Below, one piece after another: positions 16,860-27,418 of a DNA stretch of 51,854 bases (position 1 is the stretch's first letter; each line of letters begins with the position of its first letter). The notes beneath the pieces were generated by a model that saw nothing but the letters and a program-made list of their open reading frames with translations, did no database searches and was not told the DNA's origin. The stretch spans positions 1-51,854 of the forward strand of contig JAAYBW010000058.1 in the NCBI GenBank assembly GCA_012729975.1. The letters are read 5' to 3'. The DNA is from Clostridiales bacterium (GTDB lineage: Bacteria > Bacillota > Clostridia > Oscillospirales > Oscillospiraceae). Made by a program: the position numbers and the translations under genes.

Positions 16860-18116
16860 TTAATGGCCGGTCAGTACGCTCACGGGCACTATGAGCAGGA
16901 GCGCAGGCGTAACAAAGCACAATAGAATGACAAGAGATTTTTCCACGACCGAGGGCGCATTGCCCAACGCCGTGGAATAATCTTTTTTCATCATCCAGCC
17001 TGCTGCGATGCAGGTAAAAACGGAGGAAATGCAAATGAGCAAATACTGTGAAATAAACTCATAAGCCTCGAAGACCCTGAGGCTGATGCATATAGGAAAG
17101 GAACATAATATAGTTAATATAATAATTATGTTAATAGAACTCTTCCTGCTGAGTTTTGTTTCCTGCATCAGCATAACTGCCGGAACCTCCATCATTGAAA
17201 CAGACGAGGTCAGAGCGGCAAAAAAGACCATGGAGAAGAAAACCGGAATCATAAACTGAGAACCCGTAAGTCTGCTGAAAATCAGCGGCACTACGTCAAA
17301 CAGCAAAGTCGGCCCTGAAGCGGGAGATATTCTGCAGACAAATGCTGACGGTATAATAAAGAGGGCAGCGAGGACAGCCACAATTGTATCAGCTGCCGCA
17401 ATAGCTATTGCCGGTTTGAGCATACTGTTTTTTGCGCCGTAAGCACCGAAGGTTATCATGCATCCATACCCGACTGACAGGGAGAATAACAGCTGAGTAA
17501 GCGCGGAGGAAAATGTGTCCGCATTAAAAAAAGTAAAATCCGGCTTAAACATAAAAGCAAGGGCTTCCCGGGAACCGTCAAGACTGAAGCTGAAAACACA
17601 CAAACCGGCAAGAATAATAACCAGTACGGGCATCAGTATACGCGAGCAGCGCTCAATCCCGGCCTGAACACCCAGAAACACTATTATACCGGTAACTAAA
17701 GTAAAGATTATATCCCATAATAATGGGCCGGATAATTTTAGCCCGACTGCAGCGGCAGTGTACTCAAGCAGTTTACCGCCGAAATAGCAATAATAACATA
17801 GGGTAATGAAACAGGCAAGCACCTGCATCAAACCTATTAATCCAAGCCGGGGATGTATGGCTCTGAACGCAGCCGGAGGAGATGCCCCGTATTGCTTGCC
17901 TATTGATAATTCAGCTGTTAACAAAGGTATACCGGCTAGGGCCAAACACAAAATGTACAATATCAGAAACGAAAAGCCTCCGCCTCTGCCCAGTCTTGAG
18001 GGAAAGCCCCATATATTGCCGAGTCCTACGGCGGAGCCTGCACAGGCAGCAATAAAACCATAGCTTGTACGAAATTTGTCGGCTTTCCTGTCAATCGCTT
18101 TCTTGTTTGATCGCAA
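16860..18116 (-). CDS. Sodium-dependent transporter, neurotransmitter:sodium symporter (NSS/SNF) family
   Basis: It has the NSS signature GLGNIWGFP near the N-terminus and is polytopic and hydrophobic throughout. The start is TTG at 18116, with GAGGGGGTG upstream. Confidence 0.85.
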   Translation of the reverse strand: MRSNKKAIDRKADKFRTSYGFIAACAGSAVGLGNIWGFPSRLGRGGGFSFLILYILCLALAGIPLLTAELSIGKQYGASPPAAFRAIHPRLGLIGLMQVLACFITLCYYCYFGGKLLEYTAAAVGLKLSGPLLWDIIFTLVTGIIVFLGVQAGIERCSRILMPVLVIILAGLCVFSFSLDGSREALAFMFKPDFTFFNADTFSSALTQLLFSLSVGYGCMITFGAYGAKNSMLKPAIAIAAADTIVAVLAALFIIPSAFVCRISPASGPTLLFDVVPLIFSRLTGSQFMIPVFFSMVFFAALTSSVSMMEVPAVMLMQETKLSRKSSINIIIILTILCSFPICISLRVFEAYEFISQYLLICISSVFTCIAAGWMMKKDYSTALGNAPSVVEKSLVILLCFVTPALLLIVPVSVLTGH

Positions 18117-18120
18117 AGAA

Positions 18121-18157
18121 ACACCCCCTCGTCATATGATATATGACGATGAGGTGT
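18121..18157 (-). terminator. Hairpin between the nucleotidyltransferase gene and the NSS gene; its 3' arm contains the NSS RBS
   Basis: The arms acaccccctcgtcatat and atatgacgatgaggtgt pair at 15 of 17 positions around a 3-nt loop. On the minus strand the hairpin is followed by TTCTTTG, which includes the TTG start. Confidence 0.5.
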
Positions 18158-18186
18158 TATATTACCGCATTATGCAGACGGCTCAG

Positions 18187-19248
18187 CTAAATAGCATGCG
18201 CAGCTGAAGCGTCGGTTATCGCGGTTCGCGGCATTGAGATCTCCGTTATGCGCTCTTTTACGGGTACGCAAGTATTATTGCAAACCAGTGAGTCTTTGAC
18301 AAAAGAAGCTTCTTTAACGCTGGAAGATATAAGAACCGAATTTCTGATCTTTGCTCCCCTGCCGACGCTGCTGCCGTCTCCTATAAAGACATACGGCCCG
18401 ATAACGGCTTTTTTCCCCATATCTACATTACTGCCGATAAAACAAGGCTCTATGATAGACACATCCTTCGGAATATGTGAATGAACCCATATTCTGCGCT
18501 TGCTGCCTGCAGGATGCTGAAGGAGCGGGAGCTTTCCTGACAAAGCATCGAAATTAGCGCAAAGATATGCATCGCAATTGCCGATATCTTTCCAGTATCC
18601 CAAAGCCTCATGAGCAAAGACTCTGCGCCCGCTCTTAATCATGGACGGAAAAAGTTCCTGCGCGAAATCGCACCGTCTGCCGGCCGGTATAAGTTCCGGA
18701 ACCTGCGCGGACAGAACATAAATCCCCGTATTAACAAGCTCGCTGCAGGAAGCTCCGTCTTTTGGCTTCTCTAAAAAACGTACAACACGACCGTCTTTAT
18801 TTGTAAAAACCGAACCGTACAAACGCGGATTGTCGGCTTTGGAGAGCAATATAGTTGCCTCGGCGCGCCTTAAACTGTGAAATTTAACCGCTTGTGTCAG
18901 ATCCGCGGTTGTTGCGGCATCCCCGCTTATGACAAGAACGTCATCTTTGCCGATGAAATCGGTGCATGCCCGAACTGCGCCGGCTGTGCCCAGCGGCTCC
19001 CTTTCAACATTGTAGCTCAGGCGGACGCCGAGCTTAGAGCCGTCTGAGAAATATTCGCGAATTGCTTCGGAGAGATATCTTATGGTTATACATATATCGC
19101 TTATGCCGTGCCGTGCCAGAAGAGCTATTATATGCTCAAGTATCGGTTTACCGGTAAGCGGCGCCATTGGCTTCGGTGTGGTATACGTAAGAGGGCGAAG
19201 GCGAGTGCCTTCCCCTCCCGCCAAGATAATTGCTTTAATAAACCTCAC
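18187..19248 (-). CDS. Sugar-phosphate nucleotidyltransferase (NDP-sugar pyrophosphorylase) with C-terminal left-handed beta-helix
   Basis: The N-terminal motif is KAIILAGGEGTRLRPLT...KPM, and the C-terminus has hexapeptide-repeat character. There is no in-frame ATG near the motif, so I propose GTG 19248. The track start 19350 adds 34 improbable residues. Confidence 0.8.
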   Translation of the reverse strand: MRFIKAIILAGGEGTRLRPLTYTTPKPMAPLTGKPILEHIIALLARHGISDICITIRYLSEAIREYFSDGSKLGVRLSYNVEREPLGTAGAVRACTDFIGKDDVLVISGDAATTADLTQAVKFHSLRRAEATILLSKADNPRLYGSVFTNKDGRVVRFLEKPKDGASCSELVNTGIYVLSAQVPELIPAGRRCDFAQELFPSMIKSGRRVFAHEALGYWKDIGNCDAYLCANFDALSGKLPLLQHPAGSKRRIWVHSHIPKDVSIIEPCFIGSNVDMGKKAVIGPYVFIGDGSSVGRGAKIRNSVLISSSVKEASFVKDSLVCNNTCVPVKERITEISMPRTAITDASAAHAI

Positions 19249-19478
19249 TACCTTTCGGCAATTTGTTTTTATTATTTGCGTAGAACCGCCATATGCTTTT
19301 TCTCGTGTTTGTTTATTGTTTATCAATCGGTTCTTTGTTATAATGCACATAAAGTCAAAAGATTATTTTGATTCGACAATGGCGCGTATTAACTGAGGAC
19401 GTCTATGCTGTCCCTGATAAGACAGAATCGATGACCGCTTAAATATGGCACAACAACCGTACATGGAGGTAGCAGGAA

Positions 19479-21500
19479 TTGAATAAAAAAGGCAAAATCA
19501 CCAGATTATTTAAGCCCTCAATGCGACTTTATTTTCTAGTTCTTGTCTTCTTCCTGATTGCTGCCTTCGTTACGGCATTCTTTGAACTCAGGATCTGGTT
19601 TCTGGTGGGTGCCGAGGGTGTCCTGCTTATACTTCTTGCCGTATACTCAAGCATATCCGGAAAAAGAAAGCAGCTCGAGGTTGTCAGTTATATCGAGTCC
19701 TCTATGACGGATCTGGATGGAGCAACAAAGAATACGTTGCTTAATATGCCTTTGCCCATGGTTATTTATGATATAAGCGACGGAAAAGTGCTTTGGAGCA
19801 ACGATGGATTCATGAGCATAACGGGGGGCAGCGAACATTTTTTTGAGGTCGACTTTAAAGATATGGTGCCGAATTTCTCGGCTAAGTGGTTAATGGACGG
19901 TCATAATGTCAGCCCCGATGCGGTCCAGGTTGGCGACAGGAAGTATAAGGTATTCGGCAACATAAACAGAGTCGGTGAAATGAGCGGCGCCCGAAGCTTT
20001 CTCGGATTGCTTTATTGGGTTGACATAACGGACCTGGAAAATATTCGCACCGAGTATAATCAATCAAGACCTATCATGGCCGTAATAGTTTTAGATAACT
20101 ATGAAGAATTGTTCAGGAATCTTACTGACACCGTAAAATCGTCTCTGCAAGCGGCGATCGACAATAAAATAGGTGAGTGGGTCAAGGGCTCCGGCGGGTA
20201 TCTATCCAAATATGACAGGGACAGATATATTTTTATTTTTGAAGAGAAGCACCTGAAGCAATTCGTGGACGGGCATTTTTCTATTCTGGACAGCGTGCGT
20301 GAGATACTTAATCCGTCGGGTGTTGCCGCAACGGTCAGCATCGGCATCGGCAGAGGCGCCGCATCGTTTGAAGAGAGCTTTCATTTTGCGACGCTCGGCA
20401 TCGAGATGGCTCTTTCCCGCGGCGGTGACCAGGCAGTTATCAGGAACAAGCTTAACTTTGAGTTTTACGGAGGCCGTTCGGTAGCGGTTGAGCGGCGAAC
20501 GAAGGTTAAGTCTCGCGTTATGGCTAACGCAATGGGAGAGCTTATTTCCGATGCGTCAAACGTTATTATTATGGGACATAAGTACGCTGACATTGACTGT
20601 GTGGGAGCGGCAATAGGATTAGCCAACATTGCCAGAAGACGCGGAAAGAAAGTTAAGTTCATATGTGACATTGAATACAACGCAGCCGAACAGTTGATAA
20701 AAAGAATGAAAAAGCTGTCTGAATATGAAGATTTCTTCATATCCGCGGAAGACGCAATGATTATGGCCGACAGCAAGACGCTGCTGATTGTTGTTGATAC
20801 AAACAGACCGGAGCAGACGGAATCACCCGAGCTTTTAAAATCATGTACGCGCGTCGCCGTAATCGATCACCACAGGCGCTCCGCGACGTATATATCCAAC
20901 GCCGCGCTGAATTTTCATGAACCGTTTGCATCCAGCGCAAGTGAGCTTGTCGCGGAATTGCTGCCTTACTTGGGCGAAATGTCTGAGCTAATGAAAACGG
21001 AAGCGGAAGCGCTCCTTGCAGGTATCGTTCTGGACACAAAGAACTTCACGATGCGAACAGGCAGCAGGACATTTGAAGCTGCTGCATATCTTCGCCGTGC
21101 CGGTTCGGATACAACAGAGGTTAAACGCCTTTTCCAAAACGACCTTGCGGAAACGAAAGCGAAATACAGGATAATTCAAAGCGCACGTATTATTCGTGAC
21201 GGCATAGCCTTAGCCGCTATGGACTCTCAGGAAGACAGAATAGTCTCGGCCCAGGCGGCAGACGAGCTTCTCAATATTTTGGGAGTAAACGCTTCATTTG
21301 TTATTTACTATGACAAAGATGTGATAAATATATCCGCCAGAAGCATCGGAGATATCAACGTTCAGTACATCCTTGAAAAACTCGGCGGCGGCGGAAACAA
21401 ATCAATGGCAGGCGCACAAATTAAGGGTCAGACAGTATCGGATGTTCGGAACAGGCTGATTGAAGCGATTAATACTTATGTTGACGAAATTACGCAGTAA
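19479..21500 (+). CDS. gdpP: GdpP-type DHH/DHHA1 phosphodiesterase (cyclic-di-AMP phosphodiesterase family)
   Basis: It has two N-terminal TM helices, a PAS-like plus degenerate GGDEF-like middle, a DHH motif (VAVIDHHRR) and a DHHA1 C-terminus (GGGGN..AGAQ). The start is TTG, with GGAGGT 8 nt upstream. The gdpP-rplI-dnaB order is conserved. Confidence 0.85.
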   Translation: MNKKGKITRLFKPSMRLYFLVLVFFLIAAFVTAFFELRIWFLVGAEGVLLILLAVYSSISGKRKQLEVVSYIESSMTDLDGATKNTLLNMPLPMVIYDISDGKVLWSNDGFMSITGGSEHFFEVDFKDMVPNFSAKWLMDGHNVSPDAVQVGDRKYKVFGNINRVGEMSGARSFLGLLYWVDITDLENIRTEYNQSRPIMAVIVLDNYEELFRNLTDTVKSSLQAAIDNKIGEWVKGSGGYLSKYDRDRYIFIFEEKHLKQFVDGHFSILDSVREILNPSGVAATVSIGIGRGAASFEESFHFATLGIEMALSRGGDQAVIRNKLNFEFYGGRSVAVERRTKVKSRVMANAMGELISDASNVIIMGHKYADIDCVGAAIGLANIARRRGKKVKFICDIEYNAAEQLIKRMKKLSEYEDFFISAEDAMIMADSKTLLIVVDTNRPEQTESPELLKSCTRVAVIDHHRRSATYISNAALNFHEPFASSASELVAELLPYLGEMSELMKTEAEALLAGIVLDTKNFTMRTGSRTFEAAAYLRRAGSDTTEVKRLFQNDLAETKAKYRIIQSARIIRDGIALAAMDSQEDRIVSAQAADELLNILGVNASFVIYYDKDVINISARSIGDINVQYILEKLGGGGNKSMAGAQIKGQTVSDVRNRLIEAINTYVDEITQ

Positions 21501-21526
21501 ATCGCTGCAGTGAAAGGATCGGTATT

Positions 21527-21973
21527 ATGAAGGTTATTTTACAGCAGGATGTAAGAGGACAGGGGAAAAAAGGGGAATTAATAGAAGTTTCCGATGGCTA
21601 CGCAAGAAACTATCTGCTTCCGCGAAATCTGGCCGTAATAGCTACCGCGGACAGTCTCAACGCTCTCAAGCTGAAGGAAAAAGCAAAGGCCAACCAGATG
21701 GAGCATGAAAAAAAAGCAGCCAGAGAGGCTGCGCAAAAGCTTGAGGGAGTTATTGTTACCGTCAAAGCAAAAGCCGGTTCTGCAGGCAAGCTTTATGGTT
21801 CCGTAACATCAAAGGAGATATCGGATGCGCTGCTTGAGCAGCATAATATCCGCATTGAGAAAAACCAGATAGTTCAAGCGGAGCTTATTAAAGCCTTCGG
21901 GAGTTATGAGGTTAAGTGCAAGCTCGGGCATGAAATAACCGGTACCATCAACCTACTGGTGGTAGAAGCCTGA
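21527..21973 (+). CDS. rplI: 50S ribosomal protein L9
   Basis: MKVILQQDVRGQGKKGELIEVSDGYARNYLLP is a canonical L9 N-terminus. Confidence 0.95.
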   Translation: MKVILQQDVRGQGKKGELIEVSDGYARNYLLPRNLAVIATADSLNALKLKEKAKANQMEHEKKAAREAAQKLEGVIVTVKAKAGSAGKLYGSVTSKEISDALLEQHNIRIEKNQIVQAELIKAFGSYEVKCKLGHEITGTINLLVVEA

Positions 21974-22007
21974 GCCTTAAAGCGGCACAAGTATTGGGGA
22001 TGCAAAC

Positions 22008-23351
22008 ATGGACATGCTTTTATCCAGACAAGTTCCGCACAGCGCCGAAGCCGAACAAGCTGTGCTGGGCTCTATACTGATCGACTCAAGGTGTGTTCCG
22101 GAGGTAATGACCAGATTGCACCCTGAGGACTTTTATGTAACGGTTAACCGGGAAATATTTACTGTTATCTCTTCAATGTTCAACTACTCTCAGACTATTG
22201 ACCCCGTTACGCTGCTTGATACAATGAAGCAGCACGGTGTATACCGCGAAGAGAGTTCGAGAAATTACCTCCTGGAGCTTATGAACGTAACGCCCACTTC
22301 GGCGAACGTACTTAAATATGCCGAAATTGTAAAAGATAAGTCGGTGCTTCGCAGGATAGGAGAGACCGCGTCTCACATATCTCTTCTTATTGAAGAAGGG
22401 GCAAACGATTCGGGCGCCGTACTTGAGGCAGCCGAGCGAGAAATATACGCAATACGACAGGGCAGGAATACCGGCGGTCTGGAGGCTATCTCGTCGATAG
22501 TCGGAGGAGTTTACAAACAATTAGCGGAACTCGCGAAAAACGGAAGCGAGATACCCGGACTGTCAACCGGTATCAGTGACCTTGATAATTTTCTGATGGG
22601 TCTTAAAAAATCGGATTTTATTATTCTTGCATCTCGTCCCGGTATGGGTAAGACGAGCTTTGCGCTCAATATGGCTCTGAATATTGGAAAACAAACGGGG
22701 AAAACCGTTGCTGTTTTTTCGCTTGAGATGTCAAAAGAGCAGTTGGTTACAAGACTTATTTCTTCGGAGGCATTCATAGACAGCAGAAAACTGCAGACAG
22801 GCCGTCTGTCACAGGACGAGTGGCACCGGCTTGCCGCGGCAGCTGCCTCAATAAGCAGAACCGGACTGATGATAGACGATAATTCCATGCTTACTGTTTC
22901 CGATATGAATGCGCAATGCCGCCGGGTACCCAATTTGGGCCTTGTTGTTATTGATTATCTGCAGCTGATGTCGAGCGCTTCATCCGATGGGGGCGGTTCT
23001 GAAACGAGGCTGCAAGCCGTATCCGAAATATCAAGAATGATGAAAATAATGGCAAAAGAACTTGATGTCCCCGTCTTATGCTGTTCTCAGCTGTCTCGTG
23101 CGTCTGTCCAGAGAGATGATAAGCGCCCTCGCCTTTCCGATTTGCGCGAATCCGGATCGCTTGAGCAGGACGCGGATATAGTCCTGGGGCTGTACAGAGA
23201 AGATTATTTTGTTAAGGATACGGCGAATGTTAACGTGGCTGAGTGCGTAATACTCAAAAACCGGCACGGGGGGACCGGAACGGTTGAATTGCAGTGGATT
23301 CCGGAATACACAACATTTTCTGCCGTCGACAAACACCATAACCAGGAATGA
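22008..23351 (+). CDS. dnaB: Replicative DNA helicase (DnaB family; DnaC in Bacillus nomenclature)
   Basis: It begins PHSAEAEQAVLGSIL, has Walker A ARPGMGKTSF, and contains the RecA-like motif QLSR..E.R. Confidence 0.95.
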   Translation: MDMLLSRQVPHSAEAEQAVLGSILIDSRCVPEVMTRLHPEDFYVTVNREIFTVISSMFNYSQTIDPVTLLDTMKQHGVYREESSRNYLLELMNVTPTSANVLKYAEIVKDKSVLRRIGETASHISLLIEEGANDSGAVLEAAEREIYAIRQGRNTGGLEAISSIVGGVYKQLAELAKNGSEIPGLSTGISDLDNFLMGLKKSDFIILASRPGMGKTSFALNMALNIGKQTGKTVAVFSLEMSKEQLVTRLISSEAFIDSRKLQTGRLSQDEWHRLAAAAASISRTGLMIDDNSMLTVSDMNAQCRRVPNLGLVVIDYLQLMSSASSDGGGSETRLQAVSEISRMMKIMAKELDVPVLCCSQLSRASVQRDDKRPRLSDLRESGSLEQDADIVLGLYREDYFVKDTANVNVAECVILKNRHGGTGTVELQWIPEYTTFSAVDKHHNQE

Positions 23352-24763
23352 GCGGGATAATGAGCGAGATTATTAAAGCCGTTTGCGAATACGCGGACAA
23401 ATATCGCATGCTTGATGGCTGCAATATGCTTTTATGTGCCGTATCCGGAGGAGCGGATTCAATGTGCCTTTTGCATATGATGCAGCGTATTTCATCTCAA
23501 TACGGCTTTGCACTTGCCGCTGCTCACTTCAACCACAGGCTGCGCGGAGAGCATTCGGACTTTGATGAGGCCTTTGTATCAAAATACTGCGAAATTAGCG
23601 GCATAAAGCTGATTGTCGGTTCCGAGGATGTTGCCGCTTACGCAGCCGCAAACAAAACAGGCATTGAAGAATCCGCCCGTGAACTGAGATATGCTTTTTT
23701 CGAATCCGCGGCTGCCGGACTTGGTGCAGACAAAATTGCGACCGCGCATAACGCTGATGATAACGCGGAAACAATGATACTCAATCTGCTCAGAGGGTCT
23801 GGTCTACGGGGCCTTTCGGGAATACCTCCGGTAAGAGGGAATTATATAAGGCCCTTGTTATGCCTTGACAGAAAAAGAATTATAACTTACCTTATTGAAA
23901 ACGGTGTAGAGCATACAGAGGATTTAACTAACGGTGAACCCATCTGTTCGAGAAATATTATCCGGAAGGAAGTCATTCCCGTACTGAGGAGTATGAATCC
24001 GGATTTTGCCGCGGCCGCCGGGCGCTGCGCCGAATCTCTGCGTGCCGACGATGCCTATATGGAAAAACAGGCATCGGAATTTCCGAGAGAATATATTAAC
24101 AATGGTGAAAAGATTTCCGTTCGCACCGATGCGCTGTCCGCTTTTCCCGACTCAATAGCCTCAAGAGTAATAAGAGATATATCCGAGGAGTTTAACATAT
24201 TGCTCTCCCAACCGCATGTAGCCGCCGTTCTGAAAATTTGCGGGGCGAAATCACCTTCCGCATCGGTTAATCTTCCAAAAGGACTCACGGTGTCCAGAGA
24301 ATATGAAAAGCTGATTTTCTCCCTCGGTAATGTTAAAGAAGACGGGTTTACCGAACGCGAGCTCACATACGATCGGTGGACACCGGTCCCTGAGATTGGC
24401 CTTGAATTCTTCTGGGGAAATGCGGGGAAAATTAACACGCAGTTCAATATATTTTTCTTCAAAAAAGAAGCTGTATGTGGTAAAATAATCGTCAGACCTC
24501 GAAAAACCGGGGATAAGATCAGGCTTTCGGTTAACAGCGGTACGAAAACGCTTAAGAAACTGTTTATCGAAAAAAAAATACCTGCCGCGGAAAGATCAAG
24601 AGTACCGGTTATTTCAGATGATATAGGCGTGCTTGCCGTATATGGTATCGGAGCCGATTATCAAAGGCTGTCTATAAGCGAAAAAGATTATGCTCTGGCG
24701 TCACGCCCCGTTCAGACGCACGGAGAGAAAACGGAGGGTACGGCGCAGCGCGCTGTACGGTAA
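23348..24763 (+). CDS. tilS: tRNA(Ile)-lysidine synthase TilS
   Basis: It has the PP-loop SGGADS and a TilS C-terminal domain, and sits upstream of hpt-ftsH as in Bacillus. The start could instead be ATG 23360. Confidence 0.9.
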   Translation: MSGIMSEIIKAVCEYADKYRMLDGCNMLLCAVSGGADSMCLLHMMQRISSQYGFALAAAHFNHRLRGEHSDFDEAFVSKYCEISGIKLIVGSEDVAAYAAANKTGIEESARELRYAFFESAAAGLGADKIATAHNADDNAETMILNLLRGSGLRGLSGIPPVRGNYIRPLLCLDRKRIITYLIENGVEHTEDLTNGEPICSRNIIRKEVIPVLRSMNPDFAAAAGRCAESLRADDAYMEKQASEFPREYINNGEKISVRTDALSAFPDSIASRVIRDISEEFNILLSQPHVAAVLKICGAKSPSASVNLPKGLTVSREYEKLIFSLGNVKEDGFTERELTYDRWTPVPEIGLEFFWGNAGKINTQFNIFFFKKEAVCGKIIVRPRKTGDKIRLSVNSGTKTLKKLFIEKKIPAAERSRVPVISDDIGVLAVYGIGADYQRLSISEKDYALASRPVQTHGEKTEGTAQRAVR

Positions 24764-24768
24764 GAAGA

Positions 24769-25317
24769 ATGCGTTCTTTGCATGATGATATTCAAAAAAT
24801 ACTGCTTACAAAAGAGGAGATCGCCGATAAGGTTGATGAATTATCCGAGCGGATAAACCGTGATTACGCGGGACAACAACCAATGCTGATCGGCGTCCTT
24901 AAGGGTTCCTTTGTTTTTATGGCAGACCTGATACGAAGGATTAATAATTACTGCACTATCGATTTTATGGCTGTTTCCTCCTACGGGAATCAGACTATCA
25001 CTACGGGCGCGGTTCAGATTGATAAGGATCTGAGCCATGACATTGCGGGCCGCGACATATTGATTATTGAGGATATACTCGACAGCGGTGTTACATTAAA
25101 CTACCTCAAAGGATATTTAACTAACCGCCGCCCGTCATCGCTTAGAATCTGTACTCTGCTTGACAAACCCGAGCGGCGAAAAGCCGATATTATCGCTGAC
25201 TACTCCGGTTTTAATATCCCGGATGCTTTTGTGGTTGGCTATGGACTGGATTATGCTGAGAGATACAGGAATCTCCCTTATATCGGAGTGCTTAAGCCTG
25301 AGATTTACAGCGGCTGA
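24769..25317 (+). CDS. hpt: Hypoxanthine-guanine phosphoribosyltransferase
   Basis: It has the PRPP-binding motif [14 protein letters not shown], and its 182-aa length is typical. Confidence 0.93.
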   Translation: MRSLHDDIQKILLTKEEIADKVDELSERINRDYAGQQPMLIGVLKGSFVFMADLIRRINNYCTIDFMAVSSYGNQTITTGAVQIDKDLSHDIAGRDILIIEDILDSGVTLNYLKGYLTNRRPSSLRICTLLDKPERRKADIIADYSGFNIPDAFVVGYGLDYAERYRNLPYIGVLKPEIYSG

Positions 25318-25361
25318 TCCGGCGGGTTCGGCCAATTTATGAAAAAGGGAGTGAAAGCTGC

Positions 25362-27365
25362 TTGAACAACCACAAAAAACCGAGGGATGTTGGGTTCTAT
25401 GTTCTGATATTTATTGTTCTGCTTGCGACAATATATATGCTGGTATCATCGAATGACGCTGATAAGCTGTCATATTCCGAAGTCCGGGATCTGTTTGCAC
25501 AGGAGAAGGTTGACAGTTTTACGATAGAAGGAGATACCCTTATTCTGCATCTGCGCGAACCCGTTGAAAACCGAACGACGGTAACATATGACCTATACAG
25601 TTTTTCGGTTTTTTATGAAGATTTTCATGAGATTGTCGACGAGCAGTATGCAAAGGGCATAATCACGAATTACGATTACGATGCGGGTTGGGAAGCGCCA
25701 TGGTGGTTTGGCATCATTCCTTATCTTCTGCTGATGATTGTTTTTGCTCTTGTATGGTATTTTATGATGAACAGAGGCGTCGGCGGAGACAAAGGCGCCA
25801 TGAGGTTCGGAAAAGCCAGAACGAGAATAGCCTCAAATGAGAAAAACAAGGTAACGTTTGCCGATGTAGCGGGCGAGGATGAGGAGAAAGCCGAACTTGA
25901 GGAAATTGTCGAGTTTCTCAAAGACCCGAAGCGTTTCATAGATATCGGAGCCCGCATACCAAAGGGAGTTTTGCTTGTCGGCCCTCCGGGCACGGGTAAA
26001 ACACTTCTTGCAAAAGCCGTCGCGGGCGAGGCCGGCGTCCAGTTCCTGTCAATATCCGGTTCCGACTTTGTTGAGCTCTATGTCGGTGTAGGCGCGTCAC
26101 GCGTCAGAGATTTGTTCGAGCAGGCGAAAAAGGCTTCACCATCCATCATTTTTATCGATGAGATAGACGCTGTCGGCCGCCAAAGAGGTGCCGGGTTGGG
26201 CGGAGGACATGATGAGCGCGAACAGACCTTAAATCAGCTGCTTGTCGAAATGGACGGCTTCGGAACAAATGAAGGCGTCATAGTTATGGCTGCTACCAAC
26301 AGGCAGGATATTCTGGACAGAGCTCTTTTAAGGCCCGGGCGTTTTGACCGACAGATTTATGTCGGATTGCCCGATGCAAAGGGGAGAGAAGCGATACTGC
26401 GAGTGCATGTAAAGAAAAAACCGCTTGCAGATGATGTTAACCTGACTACAATCGCCAAAACGACCATTGGCTTCACAGGCGCCGACCTGGAAAACCTGCT
26501 CAATGAATCCGCTCTTCTCGCAGCGCGCCGGCATAAAAGATTCATCACAATGTCGGAAGTTGAAGAAGCAATGATTAAGGTTATTGCCGGCCCGGCAAAG
26601 AAAAGCAAAGTTGTATCTGAAAAGGACAAAAAACTTACCGCGTATCACGAAGCGGGCCATGCTATTGTCATGAATTCTTTGGAGCACAGCGATCCGGTGC
26701 ATCAGATTTCCATTATTCCGAGAGGGATGGCGGGCGGAATGACAATATCGCTTCCCTCGGAAGATAAAAGTTTTATGTCGAAAACGGAAATGCTTGAAAA
26801 CATAGTATCGCTGCTCGGCGGCCGTGTTTCTGAAAAGCTTGTGCTTGACGACATATCAACGGGGGCCTCCAATGATCTTCAGCGGGCCACAGCCATAGCT
26901 CGCTCCATGGTGGCAAAGTACGGTATGAGTGAAAACCTGGGTTCTATTTCGTTTGAATCCGGTAATGATGAAGTTTTTCTTGGCCGGGATTTTGGACATA
27001 CCAAGTCTTATTCCGAGAAGATTGCGGCACAAATCGATGATGAAATCAAAACAATGATAGATTCAGCGTATAAAAAATGTGAACAAATCCTCATGGACAA
27101 CATGGATATACTCCACCTGACAGCCGAATATCTTCTCGAGCACGAGGTTATGGACAGCGTTACCTTCGCTTATGTTTGCGCAAACAGAAAGCTGCCCGTC
27201 CCGCAGGTGCCGCAGAATGATGAAACCGATAGGGTTAAACAGAAGACAGCGGAGGATATCCCTGCGCAAACCGAAGCAATCAAGGAACCTCCGGAACAGA
27301 AAATAATGCATTGGTCGGAAAAGGATAAAAAGGATATCGATATTCCCTTGGACGACAGTAAATAA
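25362..27365 (+). CDS. ftsH: ATP-dependent zinc metalloprotease FtsH
   Basis: It has two TM helices, AAA+ Walker A GPPGTGKT, an SRH and the zinc site HEAGHA. The start is TTG at 25362. Confidence 0.97.
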   Translation: MNNHKKPRDVGFYVLIFIVLLATIYMLVSSNDADKLSYSEVRDLFAQEKVDSFTIEGDTLILHLREPVENRTTVTYDLYSFSVFYEDFHEIVDEQYAKGIITNYDYDAGWEAPWWFGIIPYLLLMIVFALVWYFMMNRGVGGDKGAMRFGKARTRIASNEKNKVTFADVAGEDEEKAELEEIVEFLKDPKRFIDIGARIPKGVLLVGPPGTGKTLLAKAVAGEAGVQFLSISGSDFVELYVGVGASRVRDLFEQAKKASPSIIFIDEIDAVGRQRGAGLGGGHDEREQTLNQLLVEMDGFGTNEGVIVMAATNRQDILDRALLRPGRFDRQIYVGLPDAKGREAILRVHVKKKPLADDVNLTTIAKTTIGFTGADLENLLNESALLAARRHKRFITMSEVEEAMIKVIAGPAKKSKVVSEKDKKLTAYHEAGHAIVMNSLEHSDPVHQISIIPRGMAGGMTISLPSEDKSFMSKTEMLENIVSLLGGRVSEKLVLDDISTGASNDLQRATAIARSMVAKYGMSENLGSISFESGNDEVFLGRDFGHTKSYSEKIAAQIDDEIKTMIDSAYKKCEQILMDNMDILHLTAEYLLEHEVMDSVTFAYVCANRKLPVPQVPQNDETDRVKQKTAEDIPAQTEAIKEPPEQKIMHWSEKDKKDIDIPLDDSK

Positions 27366-27371
27366 TAACAT

Positions 27372-27406
27372 AAAGATATGGGCGGGAAGACCCGCTCATA
27401 TCTTTT
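27372..27406 (+). terminator. Intrinsic terminator after ftsH
   Basis: aagatatgggcggg-aaga-cccgctcatatctt forms a 14-15-bp stem with one G-U pair. The stem runs into TTTT. Confidence 0.75.
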
Positions 27407-27418
27407 GGGGGTTATGTA

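Noticed and set aside
19368-19380. A Spo0A-box-like TTCGACA upstream of gdpP.
   Set aside because: A single 7-mer is expected several times by chance in 52 kb. There is no second box and no supporting context.
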